The notes under the pieces are model-generated. The model saw only the letters and a list, made by a program, of their open reading frames with translations, was not told the DNA's origin and ran no database searches. The translations under genes and the position numbers were made by a program. DNA of 64,000 nt from an uncultured Candidatus Rokubacteria bacterium (GTDB lineage: Bacteria > Methylomirabilota > Methylomirabilia > Rokubacteriales > CSP1-6): contig CAWBMV010000022.1 of NCBI GenBank assembly GCA_963789955.1, positions 1-64,000 on the forward strand, given 5' to 3'. Shown here in pieces: positions 52,916 through 63,268 of this stretch (positions are counted from its first letter, which is position 1; each line of letters begins with the position of its first letter).

Positions 52916-54106
52916 GCAAGCCGTTCTCCGGCGTCCGCATCCTCGACTTCACCCGCTATCTCGCCGGGCCATACGGCACCTACCAGCTGGCGCTCCTGGG
53001 CGCCGACGTCGTGAAGATCGAGTCGCACGAAGGCGACGACACGCGCAATCAGCTCGCCGACCGCACGTGGGCGGAGCGGAAGATGGCGCCGTCCTTTCTC
53101 GCGGTGAACGGCAACAAGCGCAGCATCACCCTCGATCTCCGGAAGCCCGAGGCCGTGACGATCGTCAAGAAGCTCGCCGCCACCGCCGACGTCGTGTGGG
53201 AAAACTTCCGCGGCGGCGTCATGGAGCGCCTGGGGCTCGGCTACGAGGCGCTCTCCGCGAGTGAACCCGCGACTGATCTACTGCTCGGTCTCCGGCTTCG
53301 GTCAGACCGGACCCGAGCGGACGACCGCCGCCTTCGACGGCAAGCTCCAGGCGATGTCGGGCATCATGTCGATCACCGGCGAGCCGGCGCACGGCCCGAC
53401 CCGCGCCGGGTTCGCCATCTGCGACACGATCGGCGGCATGACGGCGGCCCTGGCGGTGTCCAGCGCGCTCTATCAGCGCACCCACACCGGACGCGGTCAG
53501 CTCGTCGACGTCGCGATGCTGGACGCGGCGCTCGCCTTCATCCCCGGGACGGTGTCCGAATACACCGTGGCGGGCATCGAGGCGCGGCAGCTCGGCAACG
53601 GCTCCGTGAGCCGCAAGCCGACCGCGAGCCGGTTCCGCGCGCGCGGCGGCTACCTGGTGCTGGCGGTGCTCACCGAGAAGCAGTTCGCGGGCCTCATGAA
53701 CACGCTCGGGCGCGCCGACGCGCTCGCGGATCCACGCTTCAAGGATTGGGCGGCGCGGACGGCGAACGAGCCGGCGTTGCGCGAGATCATCGAAGCGGCG
53801 CTCGCGGCCGACGATCCCAAGAGCTGGGAGGCGCGCCTCACGGCCGCCGACGTGCCGTGCGGGTCCATCTGGAAGATCGACGAGATCGTCAAGCATCCGC
53901 AGCTCGAGCACCGCGACGTGCTGCAGACGATCGACTCGCGCTACGGACCGATGCGGCTGGTCGGCGCCGGATTCCGGCTCGAGCACGGTAGTCCCGGGCT
54001 CGATCGAGAGCCGCCGACCCTGGGCGAGCACACCGACGAGATCCTGAAGGAAGCCGGGTACGCGGCCGAGGAGATCGAGCGGCTGCGGCGCGAAGCGGTC
54101 ATCTGA
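52912..54106 (+). CDS. CoA-transferase family III (CaiB/BaiF); frameshift near 53260
   Basis: GVRILDF..YLAGP, LGADVVKIE, NGNKRSITLDL and ENFR.G, then NPRLIYCSVSGFGQTGP, catalytic-Asp region ICD and PPTLGEHT. Confidence 0.9.
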
Positions 54107-54108
54107 TC

Positions 54109-54288
54109 GTGGCTCAAAAACCCGGTCTCGGCCTGATGATGGCGGGCGCGCTGATCGCGTTCGCCGGATTCTGCATCGTGCTGGTGAGGGTCTTCGAGGT
54201 GCCCGACTACGGCGTCTTGCTGGTGGTGGGGATTGGGCTGTTCGCGCTGGGAGTGGTACGCCGCCTCACCGGCAGCGGTCGCGAGTAG
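54109..54288 (+). CDS. Small two-helix membrane protein (59 aa; not in the ORF track)
   Basis: GTG 2 nt after the CoA-transferase stop. Translation: MAQKPGLGLMMAGALIAFAGFCIVLVRVFEVPDYGVLLVVGIGLFALGVVRRLTGSGRE. Confidence 0.7.
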   Translation: MAQKPGLGLMMAGALIAFAGFCIVLVRVFEVPDYGVLLVVGIGLFALGVVRRLTGSGRE

Positions 54289-54297
54289 CGCGCGAGC

Positions 54298-54418
54298 GGG
54301 CTGCTGAAAAGGGCCCATCTGCTTCGTTGGCGACTTCGGCCCTCCCTGCGGCGTATGCGGCATACGCCTCAGTCGGGCCTCAGCCGCCGCCTCGCATCTG
54401 GACCCTTTTGAGCAGCCC
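54298..54418. mobile_element. MITE-like / interspersed palindromic element, 121 bp
   Basis: The 25-bp terminal inverted repeats match 21/25 (GGGCTGCTGAAAAGGGCCCATCTGC versus the reverse complement of GCATCTGGACCCTTTTGAGCAGCCC). Central palindrome GGCGTATGC-G-GCATACGCC. No transposase. Confidence 0.7.
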
Positions 54419-54504
54419 CTCAGCCGGCATCACCCTTCAGCCACGATCAGAAGAGAATCAGGACGCCAGAAGAAAGCAGGACGCGACGACTTCGCCGGCG
54501 CCGG

Positions 54505-55431
54505 TCAGTGCGTGGCGAGGCCGGGCATCGTGAAGCGTTGGGTGTCGAGGTCTGAGATCAGGGCGGTCGACTGAGCCGGGGTCAGCGCGACCAGCGGCGG
54601 GCGGACCGTCGACCAGCCCGCGTCGCGGCCGTGGTGGGCGATCGCGGCCTTGAGCGCTGGGATCATCGGAAACTTCTGGAACACGCCGCGGATCACGTCG
54701 AGCCGTGCCTGCTGCGCGTCGGCGCCGTCGGCCCGCCAGGTGTCGAAGAGCTTCGCGATCGGTCCGGGGTGGACGTTGGCGGTGGCGCTGATGCAGCCGG
54801 CGCCGCCGTGGCGCATGTTCTGGAGCAAGAAGGTCTCGGAGCCGGCGAAGACGTCGAAGCCGGCCTTCGCGAACGCGTCGAGGAACGCCTTCGTGTTGCT
54901 CCACTCGCCGCCGCTGTCCTTCATGCCGGCGACCTGCCCGGGATAGGCCGCGAGGAGTCGCTCGACGAGCCCCAAGGTGATCGGAACCTGGGCGACCGGC
55001 GGGATGTGGTAGACGTACACGCGCAGGCGCGCGTCGCCGACGCGCTCGATGACTTCCGCGAAGCTCCGGAAGAGCCCGTCGTCGCTCACGCCCTTGTAGT
55101 AGAAGGGCGGCAGCATCAGCACGCCGCCGCAACCCACCTTCATCGCGTGGGCCGTCAGCCGCACGGAGTCGGGCAGCGCGCAGCAGCCGGTGCCCGGCAT
55201 CATCCGCGCCGGATCGAGCCCGGCGGCCACGAGCCGATCGAGCAGCTCGATCTTCTCTTCGACCGACAGCGAGTTCGCCTCGGAATTCGTCCCGAAGATG
55301 GCCAGGCCCACGTTCTGGGACAGGAGCCAGCGGCATTGACGGATGAAGCGATCGGCATCGGGCGCCAGATCCTTGCCGAACGGGGTCACGACCGGAGAGA
55401 GCACGCCGGTGATACGCGGGATGTCGGTCAC
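54505..55431 (-). CDS. Dihydrodipicolinate synthase family (class I aldolase) protein
   Basis: GTG follows AGGAGG. Motifs GV.SPVVTPF, FGTNSE, LPPFYY, YHIP, GMKDSGG (Schiff-base Lys) and GCISATAN. Confidence 0.9.
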   Translation of the reverse strand: MTDIPRITGVLSPVVTPFGKDLAPDADRFIRQCRWLLSQNVGLAIFGTNSEANSLSVEEKIELLDRLVAAGLDPARMMPGTGCCALPDSVRLTAHAMKVGCGGVLMLPPFYYKGVSDDGLFRSFAEVIERVGDARLRVYVYHIPPVAQVPITLGLVERLLAAYPGQVAGMKDSGGEWSNTKAFLDAFAKAGFDVFAGSETFLLQNMRHGGAGCISATANVHPGPIAKLFDTWRADGADAQQARLDVIRGVFQKFPMIPALKAAIAHHGRDAGWSTVRPPLVALTPAQSTALISDLDTQRFTMPGLATH

Positions 55432-55561
55432 GTTGTCGCCTCCTGTCGGCGGCCTGGAACGCGGCGCCGCCGCTGCCTGCTGCACAAATATATCGGATTC
55501 CGGCGGAGCGAAGCCATTTGCGAAGGGCCCTGACTCCAGAGTACCCTCCGGCCCACCGCCG

Positions 55562-56449
55562 ATGAGACTCCAGGGATTTCCGGGCGCGGCCCTCGTCGCC
55601 GGCGCTGGCCTCATCCTCGCGCTGACCGCCCTCCTGGCCGCGTCGCACAACCCCGAGGACCTGCCGTCGTTCCGGCTCCGCGTGGAGGTGCCCGACCCGT
55701 TCTTGCTCGCGAGCGGCGCCGCGTTCGCGCTCGCCGTCGCCATCGTGATCGGGATCGCCTTCTCGCGAGACCGGCGGCGTCGCGAGACGGAGCTCCAGCG
55801 CGAAGAGGAGCCGTCACGGCTGCCGTGGTGGGCGAACGCGCTGCTGCGAGTGCTGCCGTTCCTGCCGCTTCTCGCGACCATCATCGTCTTCTCGTTCGGA
55901 TGGCAATACGTGGAGAGCTCGCTGCTCGCGTGGAGCCGCCTGATGATGCTGGGCGGATCGGACGGCGCCGCGCCGCGGCCCGACGTCCCGATCCTCTCGC
56001 TGCCGTGGCTCGGATGGCTCGTCGGCCTGCTGGCCCTGCTGGCCGGGCTCGCGACGCTCGCGATGGCGGTGCTGCTGCTCTTCGCCGAGCGCATCGCGCG
56101 CTGGTGGGAGCGCCGCCAGCGCGCCGAGCCGGACGAGCCGCTGGGCGAAGCGGTCCAGGAAGGTCTCGACGATCTCGCGAGCGAGCCGGATGCGCGCGTC
56201 GCGATCATCAGGTGCTACCGCCGCTTCGAGCGCGTCGCGGCGCGTGCGCAGGTGCCGAGGGCGCCCTGGCAGACTCCGGAGGAGTTCATGCGCGAGACGC
56301 TGCGGCGTCTGGTCCTTCCGCATCGCGCGGTGGATCGGCTGACGCGCCTGTTCGAGCTGGCGCGATTCAGCGTGCACCCGCTCGGGTCGACCGAGCGCGA
56401 CAGCGCGCGGGCCTGCCTCGAGGAAATCGGTGCGGCCCTTGGCGCCTGA
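55562..56449 (+). CDS. DUF4129 domain membrane protein
   Basis: TM helices, then AIIRCYRRFE, R.PWQTPEEF and LTRLFELARFS.H. First gene of the MoxR operon. Confidence 0.8.
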   Translation: MRLQGFPGAALVAGAGLILALTALLAASHNPEDLPSFRLRVEVPDPFLLASGAAFALAVAIVIGIAFSRDRRRRETELQREEEPSRLPWWANALLRVLPFLPLLATIIVFSFGWQYVESSLLAWSRLMMLGGSDGAAPRPDVPILSLPWLGWLVGLLALLAGLATLAMAVLLLFAERIARWWERRQRAEPDEPLGEAVQEGLDDLASEPDARVAIIRCYRRFERVAARAQVPRAPWQTPEEFMRETLRRLVLPHRAVDRLTRLFELARFSVHPLGSTERDSARACLEEIGAALGA

Positions 56450-56907
56450 GCGGAGTCGGGGTGCCGGTCTCGTCGCCGCGCTGGTGGTCGTGGTCGCCCT
56501 CGGCGCCGCGATCTCGCTGACCGAGCTCTTCGTCGCCCAGGCGATATCGCCCGACCGCGATCCGCCTGATCGGTGCCCTCGTGCTGCTGATCGCCGTCTC
56601 TCGCGTCCGCGCGATCGTCCAGGGCTTCCGTCGAGCGTCGGCCGGCGTGGGGCGTCGACGAGACGGGTGAGGGCGGGTCGGACGGGCGGGCCACCGATGC
56701 GCGCGCGACGCGCTTCGACGACGAGATCAGGTTCAGTGCGCGGAGCCAGTCGTACTTCGAGCATCTGCTGTGGCCGCGGCTCGTCGCGCTCGCGCGCAGC
56801 CGAGGCGGCTCGCCCGATACGCTCGAGAAGCCTCCGGGACGGACCTTCGGCCGCGGTCCGTCGCTCGCCGCGCTGGCCCGCGTCATCGCGTCGCTGGAGG
56901 CGCGCCG

Positions 56908-56911
<4 letters not shown>
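56430..56911 (+). CDS. Small membrane-anchored hypothetical protein of the MoxR operon; frameshifted
   Basis: Hydrophobic N-terminus. The C-terminal part ([31 protein letters not shown]) ends at TGA 56911, overlapping the moxR ATG. The frame changes internally. Confidence 0.55.
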
Positions 56912-57865
<954 letters not shown>

Positions 57866-57869
<4 letters not shown>

Positions 57870-59140
57870 TCACGCGGCTCACGCCGCTGGCCCTCTCGGT
57901 CGTCACGATCGGCGCGTGGGGGCTCGTGCTGGCCGTGCTGTCGGGCCGGGCCGAGCTCGCCGTCGCCGTGCTGCCGCTGCTGCTGGGGCTCGTTCGGATC
58001 GGTAGAACCCGGGCGGCGAGCGACTGGGCGCTCGGCCGCGTGGTGTCGTCGGCGCGAATCTTCGAGGGTGAGCGCGTCGCGGTGACCGTGACGGTGAGCG
58101 CGGGAGAGCCCGTCGCGCTCCTCGAGCTCTTCGAGCCGCTCCCGCCGAGCCTGCGTCTGGTGTCCGGTCACAATCGCGGCCTCTTCACACTCGGCCGCGG
58201 CCAGCAGGTCGAGTGGCGATACGAGGTCGAGTGTGTGCGCCGCGGACGCGTGGGTCTCGGCACGGTGCACGCTCGCGTCTGGAACCGCGCCGGGCTCGAA
58301 GCGGCTGAGACGTCGGTCCGCGTTCCAGCGGAGCTGCGCGTGTATCCGCGGCCGCTGCCGCTTCGGCGTCTGCCGAGCCCGCGGCGCATGCAGGCGTTCG
58401 TCGGCAACTACGTGGCGCCGAGCGTGGGCGAGGGGCTCGAGCCCGGCGACATCCGCGCGTTCGTCCCGGGCGACCGAATCCGGCACGTCAACTGGCGGGC
58501 GTCACTCCGATTTCGCACGCTCTTCGTCACGCGCTACCACCAGGAGCGCAACGCCGACATCGTGCTGATGCTCGACAGCTTGAGCGAGGCCGGGACGCCG
58601 CCGGCGACGACGCTCGACGCCTCGATCCGGGCGGCCGCCGCGCTGGCGACGAGCTACCTGGCTCGGAAGGATCGCGTGGGCCTCATCGAGTACTGCGGAC
58701 CGTTCCGCTGGGTTCGTCCGAGCTCCGGTCGCACGCACCACGAACGGCTCTTCGAGGCGTTGCTGCGTGCCGACGTGATGTTCAGCTACGTCACCCAGGA
58801 AGTCGCGCTGGTGCCCCGGCGCATCCTGCCGCCCCAGGCGCTGGTCATCGCGATCAGCCCGCTCCTCGATCCGCGCTTCGAGAAGGCGCTGGTCGATCTG
58901 GCGGCGCGGGGCTTCGACCTGGTGGTGCTGAGCCCGTCACCGATCCCACTCGTGCGGCGCGCGATGCGGCCGTCGGTGCGGGCCGACCTGGCGTGCCGGC
59001 TGTGGGCGCTGGAGCGCCGCGCCCGCGCCGACGCGCTCCATCGGCTCGGCATCACGATCGTCGACTGGGATCCCGATCAGCCGCTGGAGGCCGCGCTGGG
59101 CGGCCTGATGCCCTCGCGGCGGCGGGTCGCGGTGCGCTGA
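57866..59140 (+). CDS. DUF58 domain protein
   Basis: ATG overlaps the moxR stop. Motifs VYP, G.E..DIRAFVPGD.IRHVNWRAS, LMLD and DRVGL. Confidence 0.88.
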
Positions 59141-59142
59141 CG

Positions 59143-59652
59143 ATGCGTCGCTTCGCCTCGGTGCTCGCCCTGGTCCTCGTGAGCTATCCGCTCCTCATCG
59201 CGTCCTCGCCCGCGGTCGTGGCCCTCGGCGGGGCCGCGCTGATCGTCTGCATCCTTGGAATCCTGGTCGCGACGCACGTGCTGGTCGCCGGCGTGGTGCT
59301 GGCTCTCGCGGAGTACACGCTGGCGCTCTGGATCGGCGCCGGTCCGCCGCGTCTAGCCGGTGGCGTAGTGCTCGGCGTGGTCCTGCTGCTGCTCGTGGAG
59401 ACGGCCGACTTCGGCCGCCGCGCCCATGGCGCCGTGATCGGGCCCGGCGTCGTGCTCGCCCAGCTCCGTGCGTGGGCGCTGTTCGGCTCGCTCGCGGGGG
59501 GAGTCGCCGTGCTCGCGAGCGTCGTGGCGAGCGTGGCGAGTGGGGCGGTCCGCTTGCCGTGGGCTCCCGCGGTGGCCGCCGCCGGCGCCGCCGTCGCCCT
59601 CGTCGGCGTGGCGCTCGCGCTGTCCGCCGTTCGCGTGCCCCCGCGCCCCTGA
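59143..59652 (+). CDS. Integral membrane hypothetical protein
   Basis: Almost entirely hydrophobic, about 6 TM helices. Starts 2 nt after the DUF58 stop. Confidence 0.75.
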   Translation: MRRFASVLALVLVSYPLLIASSPAVVALGGAALIVCILGILVATHVLVAGVVLALAEYTLALWIGAGPPRLAGGVVLGVVLLLLVETADFGRRAHGAVIGPGVVLAQLRAWALFGSLAGGVAVLASVVASVASGAVRLPWAPAVAAAGAAVALVGVALALSAVRVPPRP

Positions 59653-59798
59653 CCTCCAAACGCTCCCTGCCGCCGTTGGGGGTCTCTCCACCCGGCGATG
59701 CAGGGATTTCCCTGATTGGGGATTGCCCGCTCGCCTCTTAAATTGCGTTGGCCCGAGAGCCCTCGATCGGAGACCGATTCGACTCGTTGGAGGAATGC

Positions 59799-60758
59799 GT
59801 GAGCAAAACTATGCTTCTCGGCGAAAGCGCTCAGATGCGCGCGATCGCACGGATCATCGAAGAGGTCGCGGACACCGACGCGACGGTGCTGATTCGCGGC
59901 GAGTGCGGCGTCGGCAAAGACCACGTGGCGAGGACCATTCATGCCGTCTCGTCGCGCCGGGACCGCCCGTTCGTCAAGGTCAACTGCGCCGCCATTCCCC
60001 TGGGACTGCTCGAGTCCGAGCTGTTCGGCCACGAGCGCGGCGCCTTCACCGGCGCGCACCGGCGCAAGTCCGGCCAGTTCGAGCAGGCGCAAGGAGGCAC
60101 GATCTATCTCGACGAGGTCGCGGAGCTGCCGCTCGCGCTGCAGGCCAAGCTTCTCCACGTGGTGCAGGACCTGCGATTCACCCGGGTGGGGAGCTGTGGA
60201 TCCGTCGACGTCGACGTGCGCATGATCGCCGCGACGAACCAGAACCTCGAGGACGCGATGGCGCGAGGCGAGTTCCGGCCGGATCTCTACTACCGCCTCA
60301 ACGTGGTCGAGATCACGGTGCCGCCGCTCCGCGAACGGCCGGAGGAGATCCCGGCGCTGGCCTTGGAGTTCCTGGCCAGATACAACGCGCAGTACGGACG
60401 GCACAAGGACATTTCGCCCGCGGGGATGGCGCGCCTTGTCCAGCACGCGTGGCGGGGCAACGTCCGCGAGCTGGAGAACGTGATTCGCCGTCTGGTGGTG
60501 CTCGAAGGCGAGCAGGCGATCGACGGCCTGATGAGCGGCCACGGCGGCGCGGTCGCGGCGAGCCGAGTCTTTGACCACGAAAGCCTGCGGGCCGTGGCGC
60601 GCCGCGGGGCGCAGGAAGCCGAGTGCCGGGCTCTGCAAGAGGTGCTCGACGGCGTGAGCTGGAATCGCGCCGAAGCCGCCCGCATCCTCAAGGTCAGCTA
60701 CAAGACCTTGCTCAACAAAATCGGCGAATGCCGGCTGCAGCGGATGAGTCGCGTCTAG
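59799..60758 (+). CDS. Sigma-54-dependent enhancer-binding protein (AAA+ and Fis HTH) with no N-terminal regulatory domain
   Basis: GTG follows GGAGG. Walker [48 protein letters not shown] and [15 protein letters not shown]. Confidence 0.92.
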   Translation: MSKTMLLGESAQMRAIARIIEEVADTDATVLIRGECGVGKDHVARTIHAVSSRRDRPFVKVNCAAIPLGLLESELFGHERGAFTGAHRRKSGQFEQAQGGTIYLDEVAELPLALQAKLLHVVQDLRFTRVGSCGSVDVDVRMIAATNQNLEDAMARGEFRPDLYYRLNVVEITVPPLRERPEEIPALALEFLARYNAQYGRHKDISPAGMARLVQHAWRGNVRELENVIRRLVVLEGEQAIDGLMSGHGGAVAASRVFDHESLRAVARRGAQEAECRALQEVLDGVSWNRAEAARILKVSYKTLLNKIGECRLQRMSRV

Positions 60759-61537
60759 TTGCTGCCGGAGGGCAAGACCCGGCCGGTGCGCCGGAGCCAT
60801 CGGAACAGCGGCCGGCGCACCATGCGATAGGGCCGGTTGAGCACGCGATGAACCCGGATGAGTCCGCTGCGCTGGCGAACGCTGGCCAGCTCGGCGGGTG
60901 TCATCAATTCGCGCGCGAACCGCCGCTTGTGCTTGAGCACATGGTAGCGATCCTCGCGCTGCAGCCTCGCCAGCCACCAGCCTCCGAGCGCGTGTCCGGC
61001 GCGCGGCCCGCGTCGCCACGCGATCTGGAAGTCGAACAGATACGGCTGGCCATCGTCACCGACGAGCACGTTCTCCGGCTTGTTGGAGTCGACGTAGGCC
61101 ACCCCGCGGTCGTGCACCGCTCGCATCGCGGCGTCCAGCCGGGGCCAGAACTCGTCCGGCACCGGATGCTCGCGTGACAGCGGACGTCCGGGGACGAACG
61201 TCCGGAGATAGGCGGTGTCACTGACGCGGGCGAGCAGCGCCGGAACGCACGCGACCCCGGTCAGGTGCCGATAGAAGGCGACCTCTCGGCTGCATTGCCA
61301 GCGCCCGAGCCAGCGGAGCGGCGCGCCGGCGAAGCGGGTCGTCCGGTAGATCTTGAGTACGGCCCGCCGGCCGGCATCGTCCTCGTAGAATCCGGTCGCG
61401 GCCCAGAAGTCGTGCTTCGCGGTCGCCACGTGGCGCAGGGTGCGGCCCGAGATCTCCAGCCGAGCGGGGAGATCCTCTCGCCCGAGGGCCCGCATCCAGT
61501 AGGCGAGTCGTCCTGGCTGGGATTCCATGGGTGCCAT
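60755..61537 (-). CDS. Protein-kinase-like fold protein (RIO/Kdo/LPS-kinase-like)
   Basis: Motifs [29 protein letters not shown] and LFDFQ. Confidence 0.75.
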   Translation of the reverse strand: MAPMESQPGRLAYWMRALGREDLPARLEISGRTLRHVATAKHDFWAATGFYEDDAGRRAVLKIYRTTRFAGAPLRWLGRWQCSREVAFYRHLTGVACVPALLARVSDTAYLRTFVPGRPLSREHPVPDEFWPRLDAAMRAVHDRGVAYVDSNKPENVLVGDDGQPYLFDFQIAWRRGPRAGHALGGWWLARLQREDRYHVLKHKRRFARELMTPAELASVRQRSGLIRVHRVLNRPYRMVRRPLFRWLRRTGRVLPSGSN

Positions 61538-61618
61538 TCGCGAGTCGCTTCAGTTTACTCCTTGACCGGGCTCGTCCTCCCGCGGTATCCGTCGAGGCAA
61601 CCGAGGAGGACCACGCTC

Positions 61619-62599
61619 ATGGTGAGCCGGCGAGTCGTCAGATCCTACCAGGCGCGCTACAGCATGGGGGCCAACAAGGCGTCCATGTACGACCTCACGG
61701 ACGCGATCGACGTCCACGCCCACGCGCGCGGCCAGGACGAAGAAGAGCCCATGCATGCCGCGCAGGAGGCCACGCGCGCCGGCATGAAGGCCGTCCTGTT
61801 CAAGAGCATCTCGCCCGGTCGTCCGTGGGAAGTGGCGCGCCGCCTTCAGGACGACGTCGACCGCTGGGCGGAGCGCGAGAATCTCCGGCCGGTGAAGTGC
61901 CTGTCGGCGTGGATCGTCGGGATCCCGTTGAAGCCCATCGACTTCACCGAGATCAAGGCCGCCGTGGAGGGCGGCATTCTCGGCATGTGGATGCCGCCGG
62001 TGACGTCGGCATGGAGCATCTTTCGTCTCGGCGGACGCGGCGTGTGGTTCGACAAGACGCGCGGCTACGACGATCCCGTTCCACCGACGGCCTGGGAAGA
62101 CGCGCGCAAGACCGGCATCTACGTGCTCGACGACCACGGCCGGCTGCTCCCGGCGATTCGCGACACCGTGCGGCTCTGCGCCGACCACGGCGTCGCGCTG
62201 TCATTCGGCCATCTGTCTCCGCAGGAGATGGACGCGCTCGCCGAGGAGATCGCCGCCATCGGCTACCGCCGCGCGTTCATCGATCATCCGTTCAGCGAGG
62301 TGTTCGAATTCGACGTGCCGAAGATGCAGCGCTGGGCCCAGGCCGGCGTGCGCTTCGCGCTCACGTGGGACGAGCTCTCGCCGCTGCTCGGCGTGGATCC
62401 TCAAGACATGGTCGCGGCGATCCGCGCGATCGGGCCCGAGCACTTCATGCTGTCGAGCGACGCGGGCATCCCGCTGCTGCCGCAGACGGTCGAAGCCTAT
62501 CGCCTGCTGGCGGCGATGCTGCGCGCCTACGGGATGACCGAGGTCGAGATGCGACAGCTCATGACCGGCAGCGCGAAGGAGATGCTGACCCTGTCCTGA
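61619..62599 (+). CDS. Amidohydrolase-fold metalloprotein (DUF6282-like)
   Basis: ATG follows GAGGAGG. Motifs AIDVHAH, AGMKAV.FK, WMP, LSFGHLS, IDHP and IGPEHF.LSSDAG. Confidence 0.72.
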   Translation: MVSRRVVRSYQARYSMGANKASMYDLTDAIDVHAHARGQDEEEPMHAAQEATRAGMKAVLFKSISPGRPWEVARRLQDDVDRWAERENLRPVKCLSAWIVGIPLKPIDFTEIKAAVEGGILGMWMPPVTSAWSIFRLGGRGVWFDKTRGYDDPVPPTAWEDARKTGIYVLDDHGRLLPAIRDTVRLCADHGVALSFGHLSPQEMDALAEEIAAIGYRRAFIDHPFSEVFEFDVPKMQRWAQAGVRFALTWDELSPLLGVDPQDMVAAIRAIGPEHFMLSSDAGIPLLPQTVEAYRLLAAMLRAYGMTEVEMRQLMTGSAKEMLTLS

Positions 62600-62602
62600 G
62601 CG

Positions 62603-63268
62603 TCAGGCGCGGCGCCGGCGCCGGCGCCGGGCCGGCTTTGCGCCGTCCTGGGCGCTCGCCAGCGCCTTCGTCCCGGCGACCGCCTCGGTGACCGTGGCGC
62701 GCACGGCGCGGCTCGCGGCCGAGCCGATGCGATCCGCCGCCTCCACCGCGCCACGCGCGGCGTCCTGCACCAGCGATCCGACGTCGGCGCCGAGCCGCAC
62801 CGCCGCTTCGGCCGTGCCCTGGATCGCCTGGCCGGCCACGCGGCTCACGTCCCCGCCCACGTCGCGAGTCGTCTTCACGGCGTCGCGCGTCGCCGAGCGG
62901 GCCGTTCCGCCCAGCTCGCTCCCGATCTGCTCGGCAGCTTCGATCGTGCCCATGATCGAGTAGCGGGCGACGGCGCCGAGATCCGCCCCGATCTCGCTGG
63001 CCGCGCGAATCGAGCCGCGCACCGCGGCGATCGCCGCCGTGCCCATCTCGCCGCCGACGTCGCGCGCGCCGGAGATCGCCGTCACGAGCGTGTTCTTGAC
63101 CAGGTTCACCACGCCGACGGAGACGGTCCCGCTTCCGCTGACCGCCTTCTGAATCGCCGCTTCGAAGTGTCCGTTGCGGCCACCGCGCGCGCCTCTCGCG
63201 CCGTTCTTGCCCGCTCCGCCGGTCTTCCGCTTCCTCGCCGTTCTTGCCGCGCGCTGCTTGGTTTCCAT
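62603..63268 (-). CDS. Ala/Gly-rich protein with six 22-aa amphipathic repeats and basic termini
   Basis: ATG 63268 follows GAGGGGA. 22-residue periodicity; termini RTARKRK and ARRRRRRRA. In frame with the upstream ATPase, with no stop between them. Confidence 0.65.
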   Translation of the reverse strand: METKQRAARTARKRKTGGAGKNGARGARGGRNGHFEAAIQKAVSGSGTVSVGVVNLVKNTLVTAISGARDVGGEMGTAAIAAVRGSIRAASEIGADLGAVARYSIMGTIEAAEQIGSELGGTARSATRDAVKTTRDVGGDVSRVAGQAIQGTAEAAVRLGADVGSLVQDAARGAVEAADRIGSAASRAVRATVTEAVAGTKALASAQDGAKPARRRRRRRA

